Source of the DNA: Oligoflexia bacterium
GTDB lineage: Bacteria > Bdellovibrionota > UBA1018
Assembly: GCA_903854365.1 (NCBI GenBank)
Contig: CAINWE010000377.1
Span: 1 to 24,038 of the forward strand
Length of the DNA: 24,038 nucleotides
Direction: 5' to 3'
Positions within the stretch are counted from its first letter, which is position 1; the number at the start of each line of letters is the position of its first letter. The position numbers and the translations under genes are program-made. Below the pieces are notes generated by a model that was not told the DNA's origin, did no database searches, and saw only the letters and a list, made by a program, of their open reading frames with translations. Shown here one piece after another: positions 16,849 to 24,038 of the stretch.

Positions 16849-17609
16849 CTGTTTTAACTGGTCTCCTGGATGTAGAACATTTGACTTATTCTTGGGGTAA
16901 ATCCTCAGATGTGGGGAGGGAATCTACCTTAAGGAAGGTTTCTTTTGGGCTCCTAGCCGGAGAAATTAAGGCCATTTTGGGTCCGAATGGTTCAGGAAAA
17001 TCAACTCTGTTGAGGCTCATGTCCGGTTTGATTCCCTTGTCTCCTACTCGTTGTAAGGGGCGAGTTCGATCGAGGGGACGGGACCTCTTGACGTTGCCGA
17101 GTCAGTCGCGAGCTTCCGTGATTTCTTATTTGGGCTCCGATTTTAACTCGGAATTTCCCTTGACCGTTGAGACGGCCGTAGCGTTGGGTGGTCTGTTTAC
17201 GAGTCAATCTCCGTCGGGTCGATTAGAGACCGTGCAAGCTGCCTTAGAGCGTTGTCTATGTCAAGATTTGCGGCATCAGGATCTTCGATCGTTGAGTGGA
17301 GGTCAAAGGCAGTTAGCAGGTCTGGCGCGGGCTATGGTTCAGTCTCCTGAGATCTTGTTATTAGACGAGTCTCTCTCGAAGATGGACCTAGATCATCAGC
17401 ACCGAATTTCACAGGTCTTGCGGGAGTGGGTCCGTGATAAGAATTCTGCGGTTCTCTGGGTTTCTCATGACTTGCATCTGGCGGCCCAGGTGGCCGATTC
17501 AGCGCTTTGGTTGCGAGCTGGAGAAAAAATAGGCGACGGACGCATTTTTGAAATGCTTGCGCCCGCAATGCTCAAGCAGGTTTACCCTCATGCGGGAGGT
17601 TTGAATTAG
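16845..17609 (+). CDS. ABC transporter ATP-binding subunit (BtuD/FepC-like)
   Basis: Walker A GPNGSGKST, signature LSGGQ, Walker B LLLDE and H-loop SHD. TTG 16845 follows GGAGG and overlaps the permease stop. Confidence 0.9.
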   Translation: MTVLTGLLDVEHLTYSWGKSSDVGRESTLRKVSFGLLAGEIKAILGPNGSGKSTLLRLMSGLIPLSPTRCKGRVRSRGRDLLTLPSQSRASVISYLGSDFNSEFPLTVETAVALGGLFTSQSPSGRLETVQAALERCLCQDLRHQDLRSLSGGQRQLAGLARAMVQSPEILLLDESLSKMDLDHQHRISQVLREWVRDKNSAVLWVSHDLHLAAQVADSALWLRAGEKIGDGRIFEMLAPAMLKQVYPHAGGLN

Positions 17610-18487
17610 AAAAAAATGTTGAGGCCGAATTGATGAGCACCCGAGGGAACGGGCGAGAGCGCTCGGGTATACCCATAGTCAAATGAAATTTTTGGACCTG
17701 TCCAGCCGAGGCCAAAGCTGTAGCCATTCCCTCGTGCGGCCTCAAATGGAACGACTGAGTTTTTGAAGCTTCCGAACCGGAGTGAGAAATCGCTCATCAT
17801 CGTAAATTCGAGCCCTGCTTCGTATCCGAACGTCTCTCCGGCTGGGAGGGCTGGAATCCAATGAGGGTCGAGGAAGACGGATACAATCGAAAGGAGATTG
17901 ATTTTCGTGCCTAGGACGAACTCTCGATAAAAGCCATAGACGGAGTTGGCCTGGAGTAGGTTATCCACGATAAAAGAGGCTTGGAACCAATCTGTGGCAA
18001 TACCGCTGACGGCAAGAGATCCGTCAAAGAGTCGAGAGTTGGTGCCTGCAGGGAGTAGAATTTTGGTTCCTAAGCCGTAGCCGATGCGATTAATTACGCT
18101 TTTGGATGCGCCGATGTGAATCATCGATGCATTCCCTCGCTTGGTAAACCCAACCCCTGCTTGGAAAAGCGAGTCCGCAGTGCCGTCGAGAATGGAGAAG
18201 TTATAGCTGCTTCCTTGGATGGTGCTTTGCCCTGAGGGAGATACTGAGTCGGAACTGTGGGAGAGGTAATTGCTGCTGAAGCTGCGGAACGGGTTGAACG
18301 AGGTAAAAGAGGGATTGAGGTAAATGGCATCGTTTAAGAAGGGGCCTGCATGGCCCGCTCCACCGAGGCCCGCTGTTCGAGGAGATTGAAAATCAGATGC
18401 TCTGAGCGGACTGGGCACAATCCATGCTGCAGTCATGAAGAGAATGAGGAGCGGGCTGGTGTGGAGAGTGTTGCTGTTGCGGCGCAT
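17606..18487 (-). CDS. Outer-membrane beta-barrel protein, FadL/PorV-like N-terminus
   Basis: Signal peptide, then SPRTAGLGGAG...NDAIYLNP, which resembles the R-x-x-G-[ML]-G-G-A...NP hatch motif. Alternating beta-strand pattern and C-terminal Phe. Confidence 0.68.
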   Translation of the reverse strand: MRRNSNTLHTSPLLILFMTAAWIVPSPLRASDFQSPRTAGLGGAGHAGPFLNDAIYLNPSFTSFNPFRSFSSNYLSHSSDSVSPSGQSTIQGSSYNFSILDGTADSLFQAGVGFTKRGNASMIHIGASKSVINRIGYGLGTKILLPAGTNSRLFDGSLAVSGIATDWFQASFIVDNLLQANSVYGFYREFVLGTKINLLSIVSVFLDPHWIPALPAGETFGYEAGLEFTMMSDFSLRFGSFKNSVVPFEAARGNGYSFGLGWTGPKISFDYGYTRALSPVPSGAHQFGLNIFF

Positions 18488-18535
18488 GATTGTCCTTTAC
18501 CTTGAGCCTGATTTAGGTTATGCATCTCCGCTCTT

Positions 18536-18910
18536 ATGGGATTACGCAAGGAAAAGATTGAGACTTATCGTAAAACTTTGCATTTGAGGAGAGAGGTTTT
18601 GGCTGCTGATCTGCGTCAAGCAACCGCTCAAATGATCAATGATGAGTCTTCCTACACCGATGCCGTCGATCAAGCCGCCGCTGATACGGATAGAAATTTT
18701 ATTTTGCAAATGAAGAACCGAGATCGAGATGTGCTCTGGCAAATCGATGAAGCCATCAAAAGGCTCAATGAAGGTTCATTCGGTGAATGTGAGCGTTGCG
18801 GGGAGTCGATTTCTGAAGGTCGACTGGAGGCGTTTCCACTGACTACCCTTTGCATTGATTGTAAAGCCGAGCTAGAGTCCGAGGAGCATCGTTTTCCGGG
18901 TCGCAATTGA
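18536..18910 (+). CDS. dksA: DksA/TraR-family RNA polymerase-binding factor
   Basis: Coiled coil with DAVDQA (DxxDxA tip) and C4 zinc finger CERC...CIDC. 124 aa. Confidence 0.88.
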   Translation: MGLRKEKIETYRKTLHLRREVLAADLRQATAQMINDESSYTDAVDQAAADTDRNFILQMKNRDRDVLWQIDEAIKRLNEGSFGECERCGESISEGRLEAFPLTTLCIDCKAELESEEHRFPGRN

Positions 18911-18911
18911 T

Positions 18912-18941
18912 AGTCACCTCCCGGGGTGACTCAGGAGGTGA
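18912..18941 (+). promoter_or_regulatory. Alternative RNA hairpins overlapping the galU ribosome-binding site
   Basis: AGTCACC (18912-18918) pairs with GGTGACT (18925-18931). Alternatively TCACCTCC (18914-18921) pairs perfectly with GGAGGTGA (18934-18941), which is the SD. Confidence 0.55.
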
Positions 18942-18942
18942 G

Positions 18943-19818
18943 ATGTCTTATCCAAAAATTAAAAAAGCTGTCATTCCTGCTGCAGGTCAAGGGACCAGGC
19001 TACTGCCTGCTACGAAGGTAGTGCCTAAGGAAATGTTGCCGATTATCGATGTGCCTATGATTCAACACATTGTTGAAGAGGCGGTGCGGTCGGGTGTTGA
19101 GGACGTCATTCTTGTTACCGCTCGACATAAGGAAGCGATCGAGAATCATTTTGACTTTAATTTTGAGCTCGAAGAAAGCCTTGATCAGAAGCACAAGAAA
19201 GATCTTGCCGAAATTTCAAAGTCCATTGGTCGCCTTTGCAATCTGATCTCAATTCGACAAAAAAATCCTCTTGGACTGGGTCATGCAGTACTTTGTGCTG
19301 CACCGGTCGTCGGTAACGAGCCGTTTGCGGTTTTGTTAGGAGATGACCTCATTGATGCCGAAGTTCCGTGTACTCGGCAATTGATCAATATTTATGAAAA
19401 AGAGGGACACTCCGTTGTCGGTGTGATGGAGGTGCCTCGGGCAGAAGTTTCAAAATACGGCATTGTGGGCGGTAAGTCGATTCGCTCTCGTTTGATGGAG
19501 GTCAGCCACCTTGTTGAAAAGCCAGCTCCCGATGCAGCTCCTTCGAATTACGCGATTCCTGGGCGTTATGTGCTGTCCCCAAAAATTTTTGAATATCTCA
19601 GAAAAACCCTACCAGGCAAGGGCGGGGAAATTCAATTGACGGATGGCCTTGAGCTCTTGGCAAAAGGGGATCGGCTTTTGGCTTACGAGTTTGAGGGAAC
19701 TCGCTATGATACAGGAGACCGTCTTGGATTGATTGACGCAACTTTGGCCTTTGCCTTGAAGCGTCCGGACTTGGCGCCCGGCGTGAGAGAGCTTTTAAGA
19801 AAATATCTGGCTGGATAG
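18943..19818 (+). CDS. galU: UTP--glucose-1-phosphate uridylyltransferase
   Basis: KAVIPAAGQGTRLLPATK, PKEMLP, QKNPLGLGHAV, LGDD, VEKP, GEIQLTD and YDTG. ATG 18943 follows a strong AGGAGG. Confidence 0.95.
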   Translation: MSYPKIKKAVIPAAGQGTRLLPATKVVPKEMLPIIDVPMIQHIVEEAVRSGVEDVILVTARHKEAIENHFDFNFELEESLDQKHKKDLAEISKSIGRLCNLISIRQKNPLGLGHAVLCAAPVVGNEPFAVLLGDDLIDAEVPCTRQLINIYEKEGHSVVGVMEVPRAEVSKYGIVGGKSIRSRLMEVSHLVEKPAPDAAPSNYAIPGRYVLSPKIFEYLRKTLPGKGGEIQLTDGLELLAKGDRLLAYEFEGTRYDTGDRLGLIDATLAFALKRPDLAPGVRELLRKYLAG

Positions 19819-19829
19819 GATACTGCGAT

Positions 19830-20630
19830 ATGGCGAAACGGGAATGGGTCAGCAAAAAGCTTTTGATTGCTCTAGTGATTGATTTGTGGGCAAGTGCTGC
19901 CTATGCTTACATTCCACCATCGAATTTTATTTTAACCACCTGGGTGGCAAAACATGTCCACCAGAAAAAACTGAAAACGGTGAGTACGGTGAGTGCGGGG
20001 GAAGTTAAGCCAGGTCAATCGGTGCATTTTAAAGAAATTATGGTCCTTACTGACGGCGCAAATTTTCGGAGTTGGGCCCTAAACGACTCGGAAGAGGTTC
20101 TGTTTTATCAGGAGAAGGCCGTAAAAGATGCATCACTTCCAGCTCAGTTCTTGATGAGCTCGAGTGCTCCCGAGTTAGCTCGAGTCCTGCAGAAGCAAGG
20201 TCTGCCGCTATTGACCGGTACCGAGTCTTTAGAGTCGACGACTTCTGAGCAAGAGTCTTTAGTTCGTGCAAACGAAACCGTGGCTTGGGTAATTGCCGAA
20301 AAACCGATTCAGAGACGGCGTCCCCAAGTGTGGTTTGAGAAGGATACTTTTTTACCGCTTCGGTTGGTCTACACTCGAGAAGCTGACTCTAAAGTCTGTG
20401 ATTTAAAATTTGATAACTATCGACGCGATTTCGCGTTTCCGCGGACTATTTTTCTCAATGAGAATGATCAGGGTTTATCGGTCAAAAGCCAGGTGACAGA
20501 AATCACGGCCTACGCTTCCGGGCCGGATAAAACACCTAAGGTGAGTACTCCGGGTTGGACCGCAGCCGGAAGTGCGTCCTCACCTGAGTTAAAAAATTTG
20601 ATTCGGAGCTATTACCAAAACCTCCGCTAA
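19830..20630 (+). CDS. Secreted hypothetical protein, possibly LolA-like/lipoprotein-sorting fold
   Basis: Signal peptide ending AAYA|YIPP. The beta-rich C-terminal half contains VWFEKDTFLPLRLVY, reminiscent of LolA/RseB-type folds. Confidence 0.55.
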   Translation: MAKREWVSKKLLIALVIDLWASAAYAYIPPSNFILTTWVAKHVHQKKLKTVSTVSAGEVKPGQSVHFKEIMVLTDGANFRSWALNDSEEVLFYQEKAVKDASLPAQFLMSSSAPELARVLQKQGLPLLTGTESLESTTSEQESLVRANETVAWVIAEKPIQRRRPQVWFEKDTFLPLRLVYTREADSKVCDLKFDNYRRDFAFPRTIFLNENDQGLSVKSQVTEITAYASGPDKTPKVSTPGWTAAGSASSPELKNLIRSYYQNLR

Positions 20631-20661
20631 GTAAATTGAAGTCAGTTTCGAGAAAGAGATT

Positions 20662-22686
20662 TTGAAATTCGGGCAAATTATTTCTGTCGCTGTGCCTCGT
20701 CCTATCGATAGCTTGTTTACCTATCGCTTGCGGGATGACTTAGTTGCTCGAGTGGCAATGGGTGGGTATGTTCGTGTGCCTTTCGGAAAGTCCTCTTTAG
20801 ATGCATTTGTAGTTGAGCCACCTCGCCTATGGAGTGAGCAGGCTGAGCCTATGTCGTGTGATGCACTCAAAGATGTGATTGATGTCTTGGATGAACTTCC
20901 GAGTTTACCTGAAGACGTCCTGAGCCTCTGTCGTTGGGCGCATGAGTATTATGCTGCCCCTCTCGGAGAAGTTCTCTCGTGCGCTGCGCCAGTTCTCCAT
21001 GCCGGCGTTCGCAAGCTCAAGCGACCGGCCAAGGTAGTTGGGTTCTCTGGCACACCCGTGCTGAGTTTACAGCTCAATGCAGAGCAAATTGAGGTCGTAG
21101 AAAAGTTTGACCACCTCCGGCGGCTCCGGGCGGGGAAGGTCGGACTTTGTCATGGTGTGACGGGCAGTGGAAAAACGGAAGTTTATATTGAACTTGCTCG
21201 AAGGGCTCTTGCCGAGGGTCAGGGCGTCTTGGTGCTGGTTCCTGAAATCGCGCTCACACCGCAACTCCATCGGCGATTTGAGGAGGGTCTGGGCTGTTCG
21301 GTAGGACTCTGGCATTCGGCGATGTCAGCAGGGAAGCGGCGGGACCTGTATCATGCTTTACGCTCCGGTGGTACTCGAGTGGTGGTGGGGGCGAGATCCG
21401 CTGTTTTTGCGCCCGTCCAGAATCTGGGCTTGATTGTGGTCGACGAAGAGCACGATGCGACCTATAAACAGGACGACGGAGTGCGCTATCAAGCCCGAGA
21501 TCTTGCTGTGGTTCGCGGCAAAATCACTCATTCTTTTGTGCTCTTGGGGTCAGCAACGCCGAGCCTAGAAAGTTTGGAGCGAGTGAGGGAGGGCCGGTAC
21601 TCGCTCGGCGAGTTAAGATGTCGTGTGAGTTCAGCCGGAATGCCTCTCGTAGAGATTGTTGATCTCAAATGCGCAGAGAAAGTGTCCGGTACTCAGGCGC
21701 CTTTAGCTCGGTATTGTGTCGATCGAATTCAACATGTTTTAGATATTGGGCAGCAAGTGCTTGTTTACTTAAATCGCAGGGGCTTTGCGTCGTATTTACT
21801 GTGCGCGGACTGTGGCCAAGTCAGGGAGTGTCAAAACTGCTCCATTTCGTTAACAATTCATCGAGCGAAGCGACAGTTGAAGTGCCATCATTGCGACCAC
21901 GCGGAGCCTATTCCGTTGATGTGCTCCGTGTGTCAAGGGGTGAATCTTCGAGCTATGGGAGCCGGCACAGAGAGTCTTGAGGCGGATTTGCCTCGTCTGG
22001 TGCAGGGAGCAAGAATTGCGCGACTGGATCGAGATTTGGTGACTAGCGCTGGCCGCTTGAATGAAATCTTAGAGAGTTTTCGGAAGGGCGAAACGAATCT
22101 ACTTTTAGGCACGCAAATGCTGGTGAAAGGGCATGATTTTCCGAATGTGACCCTGGTGGTGGTTGTGCTGGCTGACTCGCTTTTTAGGTGGCCAGATTTT
22201 AGGGCCGCTGAAAGAGCCTATCAGATTTTAAAGCAGGTCGCAGGTCGCGCTGGTCGAGGCGAGAAATCCGGTCATGTCTTGATTCAGACCTTTGATCCCG
22301 AACATCCTGTTTTGCAAACGGTGGCCCAGGAGTCTGCGGAGCTGGCATTTTTTGAGAATGAGCGGGCATTGAGGCATGCCCTCCATTATCCCCCCTTTGG
22401 ACGTATTGCTCGACTTCGGGTAGAGGGTCCTGTTCAAGGGGATGTGATTCAATCGGCTCGGAGTTTGAGTGATGCGCTTCGACGCGAATTTGCTCAGGAG
22501 GTCGGTTTGAATATCCTCGGTCCCAGCGAGGCATTTCTGGAAAAATCCCATGGGACGTTTCGGTGGGATATCCTATTAAAGGCTAAAGAGATTCAAGTTT
22601 TACAGCGTGCGATCCGATATTTTAAACAGGCGAGTAAAAATATTAAGAAAAGAATCCAGATCGACGTGGACCCTTATGGGGTCTAG
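20662..22686 (+). CDS. priA: Primosomal protein N' (replication restart helicase)
   Basis: GVTGSGKTEVY, LVPEIALTPQ, DEEHD, SATPS, four CxxC pairs, GTQMLVKGHDF and QVAGRAGR. TTG start. Confidence 0.96.
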   Translation: MKFGQIISVAVPRPIDSLFTYRLRDDLVARVAMGGYVRVPFGKSSLDAFVVEPPRLWSEQAEPMSCDALKDVIDVLDELPSLPEDVLSLCRWAHEYYAAPLGEVLSCAAPVLHAGVRKLKRPAKVVGFSGTPVLSLQLNAEQIEVVEKFDHLRRLRAGKVGLCHGVTGSGKTEVYIELARRALAEGQGVLVLVPEIALTPQLHRRFEEGLGCSVGLWHSAMSAGKRRDLYHALRSGGTRVVVGARSAVFAPVQNLGLIVVDEEHDATYKQDDGVRYQARDLAVVRGKITHSFVLLGSATPSLESLERVREGRYSLGELRCRVSSAGMPLVEIVDLKCAEKVSGTQAPLARYCVDRIQHVLDIGQQVLVYLNRRGFASYLLCADCGQVRECQNCSISLTIHRAKRQLKCHHCDHAEPIPLMCSVCQGVNLRAMGAGTESLEADLPRLVQGARIARLDRDLVTSAGRLNEILESFRKGETNLLLGTQMLVKGHDFPNVTLVVVVLADSLFRWPDFRAAERAYQILKQVAGRAGRGEKSGHVLIQTFDPEHPVLQTVAQESAELAFFENERALRHALHYPPFGRIARLRVEGPVQGDVIQSARSLSDALRREFAQEVGLNILGPSEAFLEKSHGTFRWDILLKAKEIQVLQRAIRYFKQASKNIKKRIQIDVDPYGV

Positions 22687-22697
22687 AGGGTGACTTG

Positions 22698-23486
22698 ATG
22701 GGTGCTAAAAAAGTAACATCGGATCATGTTCGTAAAAAAATTGAAGACAGCATGCTCGCTGCGGAAGAAGAGAGAAAGAGAAAGTTAGCGGGCCAAAGGC
22801 TGACTTTAGCTCGGAACGGGGTTCAAGCGTTTCAACGCCATGACATGCCGACCGCGATTAAGTCCTTCATTACTTATCTCAGAATTTTAGAAGACTCAAA
22901 AGGCGTTGATCAGGGCGGTTTGACCCCGCAGCACTTTGACATGAAGAAAGACCTAACTGAATTGCTGATGATTAGCGGGGTTTATTGGGATTTGGTAAAA
23001 ATTTACGACAAAGTCACCGTTGAGAATGACGATTTCAAGCAGTTCATGAGAAAGTACATTCAGTTCACTAAGGGGATGCCTTTTCAGGCGGTGTGTGCAG
23101 AAACCTTAAGAAAGTTCATTGCCAACGGAAAACCCAAACATCCAGGCGAGTTTAAAGCGGCTTACAAAATTTTGGGTACGTCCCGGTGCTTCGTGGCGAC
23201 ATCCTTAGTCGATGTAACTGAGGATCAAACCTTGTTCACCTTGCGAAGATTTAGGGATGAGTTTTTGGCTAAAAAGAGATGGGGCCGTGCCTTTACGATT
23301 TGGTATTATCGTCATGGGCCTTCGATTGCAGCTCGAGTGGATCAGTGTCCTCAAAACCTGAGGTCCGTTCTGGGTCGGTCGCTTGATTTTGCAGCAATCC
23401 TTATTCGTCGGACTCTAGTGAATGATCGTGCCAATGCGACTCGGACGAAAGGCGAACTGGCCTTCCGAAAAATTCGACCAGAGTGA
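22698..23486 (+). CDS. Helical (TPR-like) protein with C-terminal CFI-box-type domain
   Basis: CFVAT...LRRFRDEFL...WGRAF..WYY..GP.IA matches the CFIAT...LR.FRD..L...GR.F...YY..SP pattern. The N-terminus is charged and helical, with no signal peptide. Confidence 0.75.
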   Translation: MGAKKVTSDHVRKKIEDSMLAAEEERKRKLAGQRLTLARNGVQAFQRHDMPTAIKSFITYLRILEDSKGVDQGGLTPQHFDMKKDLTELLMISGVYWDLVKIYDKVTVENDDFKQFMRKYIQFTKGMPFQAVCAETLRKFIANGKPKHPGEFKAAYKILGTSRCFVATSLVDVTEDQTLFTLRRFRDEFLAKKRWGRAFTIWYYRHGPSIAARVDQCPQNLRSVLGRSLDFAAILIRRTLVNDRANATRTKGELAFRKIRPE

Positions 23487-24038
23487 CCACCAAATGACGA
23501 CCGCTTTGCCTTTGATGTTTTTTCTGGGAACAAAACCCCAGAATCGACTGTCGTTAGAAAAGTCTCGGTTATCTCCCATGACGAAGAATTGGTCTTGCGG
23601 CACCTGAATAGGTCCGTAATTTTCGCCCATATAGTTGGATTTATCGATCATAATTCGATGATCCGCCTCGTCGAGGTGCTCTTGGTAGAGGGAGAGAGTG
23701 GAAAGGTTATACTTACCGTCGTCTAGAGCGTGAAATGTCTTTTCTACGCTGGCATCTTGAATAAGGTCTCTAGCTATCATTTTTTGATTGATAAAGAGGA
23801 TCTTGTTTCTCACCTCAATGCTATCTCCAGGAACGCCAATGACCCGCTTGATGTAGTAAATGGTCTCATCTCGTGGATACTTGAAAACGACCACGTCCCC
23901 GTGCTTGGGAGCGTCTCGTTGGAGGAGAAAAATCGGGTGGTCGGTCAAATCATCCGAAAAAGGGATTTTGAGCCCATAAGCAAATTTATTGACGAAGATG
24001 TGATCTCCGACCAAGAGTGTTGGAATCATCGAGCCAGA
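23415..24038 (-). CDS. lepB: Signal peptidase I, 5'-truncated by the window edge
   Basis: Frame is open to base 24038 (SGSMIPTL, catalytic Ser). Contains GDVVVF, YIKRVIGVPGD (catalytic Lys) and MGDNRDFSNDSRFWG. Confidence 0.96.
   Translation of the reverse strand, partial: SGSMIPTLLVGDHIFVNKFAYGLKIPFSDDLTDHPIFLLQRDAPKHGDVVVFKYPRDETIYYIKRVIGVPGDSIEVRNKILFINQKMIARDLIQDASVEKTFHALDDGKYNLSTLSLYQEHLDEADHRIMIDKSNYMGENYGPIQVPQDQFFVMGDNRDFSNDSRFWGFVPRKNIKGKAVVIWWSLWSNFSEGQFAFRPSRIGTIIH

Noticed and set aside
18488-18535. Sigma70 promoter or leaderless start for dksA
   Set aside because: No SD is seen, but no -10/-35 pair with proper spacing could be supported either.
18912-18931. Hairpin after dksA as an intrinsic terminator
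   Set aside because: No U-tract follows and the galU SD is immediately downstream. Treated as a translational element instead.

Overview
Gene-dense bacterial chromosomal window (~24 kb) with no RNA genes, CRISPR arrays or mobile elements recognised. Gene content and order suggest a Bdellovibrionota/deltaproteobacteria-like organism (inference). The left block is a tightly coupled heme biosynthesis operon (hemB partial, hemL, histidine kinase, OmpR-type regulator, hemE, hemN), with hemY on the opposite strand ~5.5 kb away. Between hemN and hemY lies an accessory block: a DMT/EamA transporter, a DUF2844-like secreted protein, two tandem DUF3443-like proteins and a Pro/Ser-linker lipoprotein. 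The right block is envelope/housekeeping: lspA-lgt-plsY-like-btuFCD-like ABC transporter, a FadL/PorV-like barrel, dksA, galU, a secreted hypothetical, priA, a CFI-box protein and lepB (partial). The best candidate for an undescribed system is the DUF2844 + 2x DUF3443 module. Both DUF3443 proteins show a full bilobal pepsin-like aspartic protease motif set, and the small basic DUF2844 partner could act in trans as a propeptide, inhibitor or chaperone. Other notable points: a two-component system inside the heme operon, a PlsY homologue lacking catalytic motif 1, and a possible anti-SD RNA switch between dksA and galU.
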